Positions 1 through 14,567 of a stretch of DNA of 64,000 nt are shown one piece after another. The first letter of the stretch is position 1. Each line of letters opens with the position of its first letter. Source of the stretch: Dicyema japonicum (Eukaryota > Animalia > Dicyemida). The position numbers were made by a program, and so were the translations under genes. A model generated the notes under the pieces. That model made no database searches. It was not told the origin of the DNA and saw nothing but the letters and a program-made list of their open reading frames with translations. The stretch spans positions 1,165,294 through 1,229,293 of the forward strand of contig RDEW01000016.1 of NCBI GenBank assembly GCA_011109175.1. Direction: 5' to 3'.

Positions 1-300
1 CACTCGATCATATCCGCTGGACTTTAGAACGATTTTATTGTTATAAATAAATATGTCTTTTCCAAAAAAAAATTATCGACGTATTCCTTGAATTTTTTCC
101 AATTCGCAAGGCTGTAGTTAGTTATCGTTGGGCATTGTCCTTTTATCCGTGACCTTGTTTTGACCTCTAAAAATATTGGGTTGTGGTCACTCCTGGTGTC
201 ATACTTCACTGACCAGTCAATAAGTGGGGCCAAGGACGGTGATGACAATGAGATGTCGATAGAAGAAGGTTCATCATTAGGTCGAGTAGGTGTTCTTGTA
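1..300 (-). mobile_element. I/Jockey-like LINE fragment, end of AP-endonuclease domain
   Basis: ORF 24-248 contains WSVKYDTRSDHNPI followed by NYSLANWKKFKEY, typical of the region after the APE domain in LINE ORF2. Confidence 0.6.
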
Positions 301-759
301 TGAGATGCAGGATCGTTGAGTATACATAGCTATGATAAGGATAGCAGAATAAAGTTTTCGTTAGTAGGTTGTGGCTAACATAGTTGAATATTTGTTGGTT
401 GAATTCCTTATTGTTTATTCATTTTATTTATTTACCCCCTTAAAGAAATCAGTGCCTAACAAGAACGTCACAGTCAAGGACGGTATAAGAGATACGACAG
501 GGCATTTGAGGCAGACCCGGAGAAGAGAAAGCCGAATTTACTAAACCACAAAGATGATGTTAAAACATATATTGCGATACTGATGTTCCTCTGAGTAGAC
601 ATGAAAAACTCCAACCTCTTTCCTGTAACTGCGATGCTTTAAAGTATACACTGCGAACCCCACCTGAGTATTTGCTGGACTCTCCAAATTGTTCGGTAGT
701 GGGAAAACTTAATAATTCTAGCTGATTGCAGAGTTATTGAAAAATAAAATGTAGCCACT

Positions 760-1960
760 TTCAATAGTTATTATTATCTAACCCAGAAATGGGAAGACAA
801 CTAAAGAAGGAGCTAAACCATCAAATTAAGTGATCTCAGTGGACCTCAACAGGATCGAGAGCTTTTTGCTGTGCTCTTCCATAATACCCACAGCTTTTCT
901 GAATCCACCAAGTTTCTATTTCATGAGAATTTGGAGAGACGTGGACTTTTTTTCCAATTTACCAGTGGCTTTTATCGCTATTGGTAGAAGCAGAGTGAAG
1001 CCGGAACGATTATTCAGGATTGCCGCGTTATCGAATAATGGGGGAATAATTGAGCAGAAGAAATTGGTTATGCAGACCATTTTTGCTCTTAGGGTATTTA
1101 TCTTGTGGAAGTCTGGAATTGAAATTCTGTAAGCCCAGGAGGCACAGGCATACTCCACCTTCGGCATTAAGAACTTGTAGTATAAGACGGAACCGCATTC
1201 CTGGGTCCTGGAGTTTAGAAATTTTTTGATGATGTTGAGTTTCCGAAGGTCCCTTGCCAGAACTTCCTTCACATGTTGAGGGAAATGGTCACTCGCAGTA
1301 TTTTTGGACGTGTTTTCATTGGAATAATATCACCATGAAGACTGATTTCTAGCGTATCCTTTTGTCTTTGTTATAAAAATGGTATATGAAGATTTTTCCG
1401 TTGATACGGAAAGTCGGTTAGAAAACAGCTAAATCCCGAGGTCGTTAAATGTGAATGAAGTTCTTATATCTACGTATTAGTTTCTGCTCGCAATCATTTT
1501 ATCGCCAGCATATGTTAGAGGTACTGAATCAAGACCTCCTGAGTAGAATAAGTCGTTTAAGAATAAGTTAAAAAGTGCTGGAGAAATGGCGATCCCTGGG
1601 GGACACCATTTAGAAGGAGACAGGATCTCGATCTGAATGGCCTGTACACACACGTCCCCTTCGTCCGGTAAGAAAATTGGTTATCTATCGTTTTAAAGTC
1701 GGATGGGTGTTGGAGACCTTTTTCGCTATTAGGATTCTCGAGACTAAATCAAACACCTTTTGGAAGTCTAATAAGACTAATAATGTCCGTAGATGCCGCT
1801 TGGGTTCGTTGAAGTCTTCCAAGATAAATTGTGTCAAGGAAGTTATGTGTGTTGTTGTAGAATGTTCCATCTGAATCTGTGTTGGTAGTGACATAAGGGA
1901 AAATGAAGTTTAAATTTTCCAAGCACGAGTTTTTCCATAGCGCACACATCAAGGGTATCC
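760..1960 (-). mobile_element. I/Jockey-like LINE reverse-transcriptase remnants
   Basis: LLVLLDFQKVFDLVSR (DxxKAFD-like motif) and a C-terminal PKVEYACASWA segment. Same family as the copies near 24.3, 42.3 and 61.7 kb. Confidence 0.7.
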
Positions 1961-4087
1961 TGCGGTAAGATGAAGGTGAGGCTTTGATAAAGAAGAGAGC
2001 GAGAGATTGTGAAAAAACAACATCCACAGTTATCCAAAATTGTTTAAGCACATACCCTATTGATGCTGCTTGTGCGGTACCCAAAAAGAAACCCTTGCAC
2101 GTACTGTTCGACGACAGCGTACAGATCAAATACAAAACGGTAATGTTCTAACTGATGAACTTAAAAGTACTCTCAGAAAAGATGATTTTGTGCCACATGA
2201 TAGTGATGGATTGCTTATATTAACAACATCAAGAAACCTTGATCTTATGTCTATGAAAGAACATTGGTTATGTGATGGTACTTTGATTCAGCTCCATTAG
2301 GTTTTCAGTTATACACATGTTACATCAGAGCTTTTCAAAAATAATTCTCGCGGCACACTAATCGTAAAAAAAAATAATCCACGGCACACATTAAAAAATA
2401 AAAAAATTAAATTTTTAAGATGTGTAAAACTAAGTACAAAAATTGGTAATTTAATGCCCAAATTTTTATTAATAAAAAATGAATTCTTAATTATTATTGT
2501 TTTTGCATATATCATCAATATCAGGTCGAATGGTTGACAAAGGCACTCGCATTTCTGCACAAATCCGACGAGAAACAGTATTATCTGACAAAGGTATCTT
2601 CATTATTTTTTGTTCATATTTATGACCAAACATAGTCCGAGCAATAATACGACAAGCAGGGATCATCAAGTTTTCGCCAATAATGTGAGGTTTTAGTTGT
2701 TTTGCTATCACTTCTGTGAGATCAGGTATGAACATTTCAATGATTCCTTTGTGTTTAAAAAAGTTTCACTGAACATCAGATCTACGATTCATAGTAAAAA
2801 CTAATAATACTTAAGTTGTTTTTTTTAAATGGATAAAATAATCCAAAGATTTTTCGGAATAGTCCGGATGCTTGGAAGTAAAATGTCTCTTTAGTTTGCT
2901 AGGAACCATAGCATCACTTGCCAAAACTTCCATGCAAATTAGAAATTGAGGTAGTTTATTTTTATCTTTGCATATACATCCAAATGACAAATAAGAATCT
3001 TTATAAGAACGACGAACTGATTTACCCATAAGCACGTTGATGTGCGCACGTTATTAAAAAATTAATAAATAATGGTTAACCAATGTAAATGTCATTTAAT
3101 GTATAATAAAAATAATTATTTTAATTTTAGTAATTATTTTAATTCGTTTATCTTTTTAAATTAATTAGGTCAAAAATGTATATAAATTTATTCAAATTTG
3201 TATTTGGCAGGCGGCACACCGTTTGACAACCTCTGTGTTAACATTATAGGAAACATGTACGGTTCCATTAGTGTATTGCTCGAGAAAAATCTCAACAAAT
3301 GTATGAACAAATATTTTCAACACTGAAAGAGAAAAAGTCCACAATGAATCCACTATCATTACCATAGATTATGAGCGATCAATCTATCGACAGAATTTTT
3401 CAAAAATGAAAATGTGTATGGCTTCTACTTTCACTTTGGGCAGTGTTATGCCGAAAAATACAAAATCTATGACTGCAGGCATGGTATAATGACCAAGCAA
3501 ATGCAAACTTTATTAAAAGTATTCAAGCACTGGCAATTTGTTCCTGTACTCAAGTCATTGAGAGTTTCCGAGCGTTCCTTCAAACTATGGATTACGAGAC
3601 TGATGACGTGTTGGGAGATTTTCTGACCTATTTTGAGACAACGGAGCCTTGCAAAGTGGAAGAAGACCATTGTTTTAGTTTGGGAATATGGAATGTACAC
3701 GACAGACAGGCAGAAGGCCTCCCAAAAACTACGAATTCACTTGAAGGATGGCACAGATCTTTTTCACAAAGAGTGTCTATAAAACATCCAACGTTTGTCG
3801 CTTGTTGCAAAATACGAAAAGAACAGTCGGAGTGGGAGCTCACAGTATAACAAGTGATGACCGGAAATAACAATGACAAGTAAAGAAGTACCAGGATGTG
3901 AACAAAGGATAAACAGTATTATTGAAAAATATGATGATTACACTCCAGTAGAATTTTTGACTGCGCTTTCTCATAACCTTAAGTAAATGTTTTTATCTTG
4001 AATTTTATCTCAATTTTTAAAACCAGAATTTCCTGTCGGCCTAATATCTATCAGCCAATGTCCTGTCGGCCTAATATCTGGACACCC
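1960..4087 (+). mobile_element. Degenerate MULE (Mutator-like) DNA transposon interrupted by a hAT insertion
   Basis: HWLCDGTFDSAPLGFQLYT resumes as TVPLVYC after 3243. KTTNSLEGWHRSF occurs at ~3725. The right end has a duplicated 19-mer tcctgtcggcctaatatct (4031-4049, 4061-4079) and ends in ggacaccc. Confidence 0.75.
2326..3235 (-). mobile_element. Internally deleted hAT (Buster/ZBED5-like) element
   Basis: Imperfect 14-bp TIRs cagagcttttcaaa (2326) and tttgacaacctctg (3222-3235). Near-TSDs tgttacat / tgttaaca fit nnnTAnnn. Peptides MVPSKLKRHFTSKHP and KIPLSDNTVSRRI. Confidence 0.8.
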
Positions 4088-4351
4088 CAGTGGATTAAGT
4101 CAGGGAGAAAGGTAGGAAGATCCCTTTCAACAACTGTCTCGTGCCAGAAGGACTAGTGGCCTCACGGGTGGGATCTATTTGGCCAAAATTGACTTTCGCT
4201 GAAAGTCCATCTACCTGATTCGATTTTTTTATTTTTTATTTTATTAACCCCGGAATCACGATAGAGAAGATTCAAATTTTAGATAAATAAGAATAAAATT
4301 AATTATTGTGGGAAATAATTTTTAAAAAAAATTTTAATTTAAAATATATCT

Positions 4352-7300
4352 ATGAATTTCCTGGGAGATGATTTTGTAGTAAATAAATCATAATGAAAAC
4401 ATCAAAGAAATCAATGACTGTTTATGTAATTTGAAAAAGATCTATCAAAATCCAACGGACTTGGAAATCAGTCTTGCCAGGTTTGAAGGTATTTAATTCA
4501 CTAATTCAAGCGATCCTCAACAAATATCAAGAAGATCCCATCCTTTTTCATCCGTACTTGGGTTGATTGACTTTGAAACTTTAGGAAATATTGTTGCACG
4601 TATAATTCAGTATCTAACTGACCCTTCCTCTGACGTTCTTCTAAAGCACTCGTCCTTCAAATACTTATTCGCTATAATCAAAATATTCAGTGACAAAACT
4701 GTGGTTAGGTTACTTCCCCATTCTGTCGACAATTTACTCCCCGTTTTGAGCTTCCTTGAAGAAATTGACTTCATGGATTTTTCTGTAAGCGGGATGTTTT
4801 ATCTAGCTCGCCAATTCCCAACATTGTCTGCTCCTCTGGCTTTCCATAATCGTGAAAATCCCATTTCACTTCAGCCTCTTTGACGGAAACCTTTCCGAAG
4901 GAGACACTCCTCTTTCCCAGCGAATTGTTTTTATGGCTAAAGTGGGGGCAAACGTTATTACCTTAGAAATATCTTCTCTCTCGTATGACGAACAGCAGAC
5001 CGGCGTCTACCTTGCTTGTCCAGTTTCTAACCCGTTCGGATTGTGGCCAGTTTTTGAGGGAGTTTATGTCCTCCACTATGGAAGTCGTTCAGACTGGTTG
5101 GATCTTTTATTTAAGCTAGTTTCGAATACCACGAACACGTGGGAACTTTTGGCTATACTGAGTGCTCTTTGTGGGATTTTTAAGCAGACAAAAAGGGAGG
5201 ATCTGCTTACTTACGGTTTCTTTATTATTTACTTTTAGCTGAACAATATTTTGCCATTTTAAGTACCCCCACGTGTTCTCTGTGTAAACACGAAAACGGG
5301 ACAGTGAAGAAAATGGCGGTAAAACTTGCTAGCAGGGTTGGGCTTGTATTTTTGAAGCCACGTGTTGCTAAGTGGAGGTATATATATGGTAATTCTAGAT
5401 ATCGTCAAAATGTGTTTAAATGGTCTTCAAACGGAGAGTCTGAGTATCTGGAAGAGGATTACGACATTAGAGAGGAAATACAGGATATTATCGGTTTTAA
5501 GCTTTTATACTATTTAGTCCTTCTTTTGGGTTTTCTAAGTGATTCCTTGCGAATTGTCCGTTGGTCAGCTGCTAAGGGGTACCTTCAGGTCTCATTGACA
5601 GAATTGGCCGAGTTTGCGAGAGACTGCCATTCGAATTGGCTGATGACGTCATTTCCGAGATATTTGAGGCGCTTGAGCAAAATCCAATGTATCAAATGTG
5701 GCATGGGGGATGTTTGGCTCTGGCGGAAATTGGGAGACGAGGATTGATAATCCCCAAACGCTTGGAGACGGCTATTGGGCTTATGGCTAAGGCTTTGGTC
5801 TTCGAGGAACGGATGGGGACGTATTCCTTAGGAAATGATGTCCGTGACTCTGCCTGTTATGTGATCTGGTCTTTTGTGAGGATATACGACACGACCGCTT
5901 TGTCCCCTTATATTAGAGACATGCTGGGGTACGTCTCATTGATTATTGTAGTCTTCTCAGTGTTGTTTTTCTTTTCGATCGGGAGGTGGTCGTTCGTCGA
6001 GCTGCTGCCTCGGCCTTTCAGGAGTTGGTTGGGCGTGAGGTTTTTATAGGGATTCACTCATAGGGAGCCTCTTCACCTGTGGATATTGATATCCTGACCA
6101 CGTGCGATTATTTTGCGGTTAATAACAGTCTCCATTGTTTTTCCGAACTATGGTTGATTTTTTTGCTTATTTATCAGTCATTTTGTCGGGAAGTACTCGT
6201 ATTACAGGAGTTTCATGATCGACCACCTTTTCTCCCACAAACTATTCCACTGGGACTCGACTATAAGGGAGATGTCGGTCAAGGCACTGAGAATGTTACT
6301 GGAGTATGACTGTGATGTCATTATTTCTCGTAATCTTCATTTTCAATATAGGATTGAGGGAGATTGTCTTGAATCAACATTCCTGTTTGTCCCCTAGCGT
6401 TTCTGTGAGACACGGCTCTATCTTGGCTATGGCCGAACTGACAGAGGGTGTTTGGGAGAACTTTGGGGGGTTTAGTGAGAATGAAGACGATTTGCTGAAA
6501 TATGGACAAAATTTGTTAAATAATGTATGACTGGTTATATTTGTAGTTGTTTGATGAAAATATTGTGTTTGAAAGGTATGAACTGAACACAGATTCTGCA
6601 GGTTGGTCATGTTATTCAAATAGTATGCCTGTTTGTTGGAAAATATGCAAAATTGAAGCTATTTGGCTTGGAGATGCTTCCACGTGTTTTTGAGTTCCTC
6701 CATACTATCTTAAGACACGACAATAAAAAGCTCATAGTTTTCCGATTCCTATATTAAGACTTTGTCCGCTGAGACGCTTTCTGTTGTTTATTCTGCTTAC
6801 TACAGTGATTGGGAGACGGTTCCCGTCGTATCAGGACTTCCAACTCCTGATGAGTTGGTTGACGGTTATATAACCAACGTCGTGGATACGGTTTGTTCTA
6901 TTAGAAGGTATTTGGGGGTAATCTCAGGATTGCTGGAATTTTCGGAATCAGGTCGCTTTCTATGTTGTTGGTGGACCATTTCTTCCACAAACTGATTACT
7001 GCCCTGAACTATTCCACAGTTATTACGGAGGAATCGCTCTATCTTGCGGAATGTAGGAGAGAGGGACTTTGGGGACTTCGAGAGTTTGTTTAATAACTGT
7101 ATTGGTAGTATTCTGATGCTTGATGTGGCAAAACAACATGTTGATAGGTCCACGTGGGTCACTGTTGTCGACCACATGCGGGCTTCTTTTGAAGACTATA
7201 CATATAACATTCACGGTAATATAGGAAATGGGTATTTGTGAGTTAATTTGTAGGCCACGAGAGACAGCCATTGAAGTTTTGGGGGCAATCATTGTTCGTT

Positions 7301-8334
7301 TTAGTGAGTTGGTGAGTGAGGAGTTGTTATATGAATTTATTGGACTTTTGTGCTGGCAATGTGTGGAACAACATTTCAATATTACTATGATAGCTTTCAA
7401 ACATTTAATTGCAATCCTAAATCACATAAGGTTAAGAGTTCTCTCACTCTAGGACGTCCAACCATGAGTTATGGATGGATATTACCTCAAAGGTTTCCCT
7501 GGAATTAGAGGATACTGATAGTTTGGAGGAGATTTTCTGCTTTGTTTTCAAATTTTTGACCATCTCTCAAGTTCGGAGTTATATTCTGTTTGGATCTGTT
7601 CAGAGTGTAGGGTATCCTGTTGGACTTTTGGTTTCTGGTGTTCTAATTTAGACAACGAGTGCAAGGAGGGGGATTACAAGTTATTTGGAGGACCACAAAG
7701 AATATGCTGAACCAATTTTTGAAGAATATTTGAAAATTGGCGCCAAATATGAGAAAAATAGCAAGTTTGGAGGAATTTTATTGTAGAATTGTCCTCCCGT
7801 TGTATTATACCCTTCATTTTCTGTTAACTGAGGAAATAAATTATTTCGCTAACCTAGACAACTGGTGTTATTTGATATATATGGTAATTAGGGAGGATAT
7901 TTGCGATAGAACATTCAAGCTTCTCAGACGTGGCATGATTGGCTGTTGTAATACGACAAAACTTATTCTAATTGCGAAAATGTTATTTTTATTTATTATC
8001 AGATTTTGCGCCCTTTTATTGGCCAAACCAGGCGACGTGCACAGTGGAATATTGAGGAGTTTGTTGATATTACTTGGGAGCAAATATTTAGTGGTTGATG
8101 ACTGTCCTTAGTTCATAGGTAAGGTCAGAGACTTCTGAAATGTTTCTTGAAGTGGTGTCCTCGAGTGAACGATTTGTGGATTTTCAGGAGAAAATTTTCG
8201 ACATTTTTTGCAGTACTAATTGGTTGAGGATATTATTATGTTTAAGGCAATGTGATGATATCAAGGTGGTCAGAGTTGCCTGCAATGAGCTGGCCAATAT
8301 AGTCGGGGTTGAGACACCATTCAAGAAAGTTTGA
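4352..8334 (+). CDS. TBCD: Tubulin-specific chaperone D; multi-exon with ~20-26 nt introns; start approximate
   Basis: Spliced peptides match TBCD: ILNKYQEDP, LLLWLSIIVKIPF, PRVAKWRY, IVRWSAAKGIGR, WHGGCLALAEIGRRGL, VRDSACYVIWSF, MIDHLFSHKLFHWD, VRHGSILAMAE. Stop TGA at 8332-8334. Confidence 0.93.
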
Positions 8335-8806
8335 TCGTTTTTGTGTTTAGCGATAAAATTGCGTTTTTATGAGTTATTTTTGTTACTAAAAATTTCAGTC
8401 CCTTAATTATTTGAAATGAAAGGGGGAATGAGAGACCGTTTATTCATCAACAATGTCAAGACCAACTAGTTAGTGACTCTGCATTCCAGCAGAACAGTTG
8501 GGACAAATTCCCTGAGTTGCTTGGAGGTTTCCATGGTTTTCTTGTACAACAGTATTGATCTTTTGGAAGAGAGGTTGTTTATTCGACTGGGATGGCATGT
8601 GCAACACGAAAAAACTATGAACAGTCTCTTGTATTTATCAGTGCTGGGTCATTTCTCGTTGGGACTCTGACAAGAAAAGTGAATCTTGACATCCATGAAG
8701 CTAGTGGGTCGACGGTGAAGGACTGTCAAAGAAAGCTAATTGAATATTGCTTAGTGATAAAACGAGTAGCAATATTTTTACTAATTAACTGTTAAGATTA
8801 CGACGG

Positions 8807-11800
8807 TTAATATCTTTTGATTTTGAATGGGGCCTTAGTTATAGAAAAATCCCCATTTTTAGCTTCTCTGATTATGTCCTCTACGACATTATTCATAACC
8901 TTTTCCAGCATCAGAACTAATCCATTATTCGAATATAATTTTTTGACATTCTACATAACACTTGATATTACTTTCTGATCATTTGAACTATCCTCCATAG
9001 CCAATTGCTGAAAAGTTGTAATTGGCTCGTTTTGAATATCGGAGATTAGCTGAAAGAAGTTGCTTTCACTCATAATACATCTTTCCCCTAATCCTTTGAC
9101 TCTACCTTATCACAGCAGAAAGAATCGGCAAAATCGTATCCTTTGCTGAAGTCGTCCACTCAATGTCTCTTTTCTTTACATCCAAAACTGAACTGAATTT
9201 GTTAGTATAACACTCACTTGAAGTAAAGCCACGAATTTATTTTGTGAGGAAATCTTCTCTCATATTCGATAATCCCCATCGTTCGGTGGGTTAATCTTAC
9301 GTTTATTTTCCGCACGTCGGGAGGACTGGGTTTTTCGAAATTGGGGAGAATCGGCTTTTCTTTGAGTTTCATTCTCGATTTTTTCTGGTAATCAATTATA
9401 AGGGAAACCATAAAGTTTTTGTCGATTCTTTCGTTTTCGTGGACTCCAATGGATACGTTCTATTTGAAATAAAGCGGTTACCCTCCCTCCAATAACAGAC
9501 TCACCTTGGATTATAAATTCCTCCTGATTTCGTTTAACGTTCATTTCGTATTTTTTTAAATCCTTACAGTACTTGAGGTACTCTATTCTGTCAGTAATAT
9601 TGAGGGTGAGGTTAATTTCGTTCAAAATTGCGATATTCTTTGATTTAATTTCAACCATAAAGACTAGCTTTCCCTTAGGCTTTAGTTTCCCCTCCGACGG
9701 AGTTATTTTTAGGACCTCGAGTAACGGAAAAGACTACATTTTGGTCGAAATTCCATAAAAACATAATTCTGTTTGTATCAGAATTATTTTCAAGAAAAAC
9801 CAATCTCCTCACCACAGAGTTCACTGGGACGATTCCCACACGAATGTGTTCCGGAGATAAGCAAACATCCTACAATATAAAAGCTACGAAACCTGATTCG
9901 TTGAATTTAAAGGGAATAGACTGGGTACTCCAAAATCTCCGTTTTCGCATGAAATTGCCACCGTGTTGTTCATTATTCGTTCGTCGTACCCCACACCAAT
10001 AAGCCGTGTCACATAATCAGAAGAATCGTTAACGCAAATTGAAATATTGGTCTGCTGCTTAGAAACCTAATACTGTGTATTTCCTTGCTTCCAAGGGGGA
10101 AAAGACCCACCTTAGCATGCAGCTTGAGAATGGAGGAATAGCTCCTTCGGGATTCAAACATTTGAAAACCGGATAATCAAAATACTCCTACAATTATTTG
10201 TAAATTACATTTTCGAGTTCTTTAATTATTTCACTGTTAACTTGATAATAGCACGAGTGAGATCCCCCGTTGAGAATTTCCATGAGTTGTACTGTGGAAT
10301 CAATTGACCCGATCGGGATTGGAACAAACTGGAAGGATTTCGGAATGCAAGGTAAAGCCACGTGTTCTGCAGGGAAGGTTGTCCCAAAAAGATCGATCTA
10401 TTGTAAAAATTTTCACAAACAAAAAGTTCCCTTCCTTTGTCAATTTTGAGCATCAACGGAATTTTATGGAAACCCAACGAAAGGTGGTTAAAGTTAAATG
10501 TGATTGTCTTGCATTCGTTTGGCAAAAGAATCCCCGACTTTGGTGATACTGTGAGTAATCCATTTTCCACGTCGGTAATCTGACATTATACCAGGCAAAA
10601 CCAGTTTAAGTTCTTGTTGTGTAAAATTGTAAGTATCCGCCCAAAGTTCTGGTTCTATTTTAAGATCTCTTGGAAAGTAAAGGGACCTTGGATGATGCAA
10701 AAGTCAACCATTGGCAATCGAGAACTCCCGGATTGTGAATATCTAGTTGTACCACGGATGGATCACCATTTATGGTATTTCCTAGAATATCGAATACAAT
10801 TCGAGAAGAATCATTAAACTCCACTGTGGGGAAACAGCTGCTTTTATGAAGGATTGAAGACTTGTACTCACTTTCCTCGGGACTGATTCTGAGCTGCTCG
10901 TTAAAACTTGGATTATTTGACCAGACAAACTCGTGGATCGAAAAAATCATCCATAAAGATTTTTTTGTCACATTTGGGAGCAAACTGAGTCCTCGAATAT
11001 CGGAGACTTGCATGAATGGGTAAGAAACTGATGACTCAAAGTTACATAGAAAATGGAGTTGGTCATCTTGAGCCAATCCATAAAGATTCTTAAATTTGTA
11101 GTATAATTCGAATTTGTAACTCCCAAATGATTTTGCCGCGAATTTTACTTTCAAGAGTTGACTGCTATGGGGGGTTATACAATTGTCGTAGAAACTCAAA
11201 CTCACAACTAAAATTTTAATTGGAAACAACAGTAATCTTCATCCTTCAATTTCTTTATCATCAATTCATATCCAAATTCACAGTCTCCGTTATTTTCCAG
11301 GAGTACGTCACACGTGGTAGATTCATTCATGGAGACTGCTGGAAGTTTATACAAATCCCGATTACTCTAGAATGTGCATTAAACATTGTACAGTCAATTC
11401 TGAGTCACATCCTTCCCCCATCAAGTGAATCTTTTTGACGTACTTTGAGTCGGGGATTACAGTATTGTCTTTGGAAATGCAGTAGAATTTGATGTATTTT
11501 TCAATTTTTGAGGATCCGGGGATTCGGGGGGTAAAATAAGATTCAAGTGGGATTGTTTGGTGAGGGAGAATAAATCCAGTAGAAGGGGAAAATTTAAAGT
11601 TAGTGCTTTCGAAATTGTCATAATCAATCACAAATCTGTTGACTTATAAGATTACTTTAATGTTGATGACGTCACATTCTGGATTTCCAATGTTTTTGAG
11701 TTTATTCCCATTCTGAATGTTGGTGGGAAGACAATGGTGTTTGATTTTAGCACAACGTTGGGTTTTTCATTCAAACCGGCTATTTCTACAATCTAAATTC

Positions 11801-14189
11801 GTCAAATTTCCATAAACATGCTTTTCTTGCTCGTTATAGTTAAACACGCAAATTATGTCATCTTTGTGAATCCCCCATCCACGTGGGTTATAACAAACAT
11901 TCACCAACCCAGTTTCATTCGGTAAAATATGTCCAGTATAACTGTCCAGGGAAAAATTGCTGCAATTTTACTTCAAAATCAACTTTCCGTCAATAAAAGA
12001 CAATGAGTAGTTCAATGGCGTGGGGGCGTCATTTCTAATTGAGACAACATCACACGTGGTTGCTTTGGTAATTTTGAGGGATTTTGGAGATATGCAGTAC
12101 TTAGGGATGAATGTCTCACTTTTGAAGGGAAATGTATGTCCTCGTACTCCAAGAGAGTAGTGAGAACACCACGTGGGTTGACGTTCTCGATTATCATCAG
12201 TTTGGATATCTGACAGTTTCAAGAAGGCCTCAAACACGTGATTGTATAGTTTGCTCGCAAAACTCTAAAATCTGATGGTTATTGTACTGGATTGAAGTAT
12301 ATCTGGAAGGAGTGCCGTTTCAGGGGGTAAATGGTCGCATTTTCTGGTTGGATCTCAAAAGAGTTTGAAGCTTGTAATAAAACTCGAATATACAGTTAAT
12401 CCACGAAAACATTAATCGTTTTTGAGAATTATTTAGTACAGTGATGTCCCTCGATACTTGCTTGTTTGAGTACCCAAAGTCGACCTCCTTTGAGGAGATC
12501 TCAACGGGGGTTAGTGGTTCGTCGTGCATAGTCATAATTTCATTCTAGACTATTCGATGAATTCTACATTTAATGAAATTATCTCCGATTCCTTCCGGGG
12601 TTCATAAAACACCTCATTCTTGTTATCTTCATCTACTCCAGTCCCCAATACTGTCAGACTTAAACTATCCTTTAGAATGCATATATTATCATACTTGTCC
12701 TTTCAGTAAGCATTTTAGTGTTTTGTAGTAATAGTTGTTATCACGTGGAGTAAAAATGACTTTTATTCTCACAAAACCGTTGCCTTTGACAACTCCGCTC
12801 GGGGGATTTACGGAAAAAACGTGGTAAACTTGGGATTCTTTGAACTATCTTAATTACTCAGTAATACATGAAATTTTGCGTCAATGTCAGAATTGTTGGT
12901 CAATTTTACGTGCTTTTCTAAACTACTTTCAGCTTTCACAGACCCAAAGTCAACTCTGGAAGAACTCAGGGAAACAGAGGACCCTTTGAATTACCAAATT
13001 TCATGCCATAGCAAAATCCCTGGCAATTTATGTCAAATTGTTGATTTGAGTCCTGACACGAGACTACAAACCTGTCTGAATAATCCTGGTTCCTCAAAAG
13101 TGGCGAAAAGGTAATCTATGAGTCTTAATTCAATGAACCCTAAATTTCTTGATTTCGCCAGAGTTTATTTTTCCGTTTTCTTCACTAATTCTGAAGTGAT
13201 TCAACATATGGGATTTATGCTCGACGGAAAACTGTCAGAAACCTGATTCAGTAATATTTTTACTTTGGAAATGTTTTTTACTTCAATTTCTTCTGTCTTG
13301 CTCTTCCCAATGGCGACATTTCCAAAGTCCACCAGTTGTGAGTTACTCCCATTTTTCAGGCACATTTGCGGTAGTTGGGCTGAAATTATAAAACTGACAA
13401 CCTTGTCCGCTCAATTGAACATTTTCAGATGACGTAAGATCTTTTCCAAAAAAGCAGTAAGCAGTTCCCTTGTAGTACTTTAAATCCTAGCATTTAATAG
13501 GTCATTTACGTTTGAAATAAAACTTATTCTAAATTCCATATTTTCTCTGGTAACTCCACTCTGAGGAAAAATAGAAAATGGCTCTGGGATCTCCCAAGTA
13601 AAAAACAAGGGGTCCTTTCTGTTAAATTAACAATAGAACCGACCCAAAAAACTCTGCGTGTAAAGTAACCGTGGTAACGGATCCAATCAAACACGGGGGA
13701 ATGTCAATCTGTTTAGGAAATGTAAGTACGGACGGTAATATAAGAGCTTCCAATCTGACCACGTGGTGTTCATTCTGTGTATAAGCGCTAATTTTACTTG
13801 CGTTGAAATTTCTAAAATATCCTGATATTGGCTGTAAAAGTGTGATTTGAAGGTCACGACAAAGTGAGTCCTACAGCCGGGAAACAGTGAGGTCTCTTTT
13901 GGGCATAAAAATGTGAAAACGTTTGATTTAGGAAGTCTAAAGTTTACTAGTTTAGTAATACTTGTAGGTAATTTTTTACAGAAATATCAGAGTTGTACAA
14001 TTCTATACGTTTTGCATATTCGCTGTTTGGTTTCCATTTCGTCCATTTTACTATGTCTGGTATTTCCAATTTACTGCCGTTCAAATTTGTTATTTCGCGA
14101 TTATTCTTGGATATTACCTTTAAATAAGATATTATTGGACTTTCATCTGTTCCTATTTCCATGGAAACTATTATTTTGTATTTTACCAT
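8807..14189 (-). CDS. CFAP65: Cilia- and flagella-associated protein 65; multi-exon
   Basis: N-terminal IVKWTKWKPNSEYAKRIELYN, repeated ASH/Ig-like segments (FTWEIPEPFSIFPQSG, VDFGNVAIG, FSPSTGFILPHQT), RSLYFPRDLKIE, and C-terminal VEDIIREAKNGDFSIT. Stop TAA at 8807-8809. Confidence 0.82.
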
Positions 14190-14567
14190 AATTTACTTAT
14201 TAGCGGTTATAGAAATTATTGGAAGAAATGAGATAGTGATCATTGTATTAACCGCAGCTTTCCAACATGTGCGAAGTCGGGGACCATTAGTCATGATGCT
14301 CCCAAAGATTTTCTACTTTCATCTAAATTCCGAGTTCTCAGTCAAATCCTTACCGGCCCAGCATCACCAATGTCTCTGAATAACTTGTGGGAGCACCCAA
14401 CACTCTCAGCTGGACGATCGATGGCAGCCTACTATTATTACATAGTTGATAGAAAATCATTATTATAGAGCCAAAAATCATGGTGAACTTTCTCTCGAGA
14501 TAAATCATCTTTTTAGTTTAAAGTTTATTTTTAAATTTATTAATAAATTTTAAATTTATAATAATTT

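Noticed and set aside
8440-8790. Short ORFs between TBCD and CFAP65
   Set aside because: No recognisable domain or consistent splice model; possibly a decayed transposon fragment.
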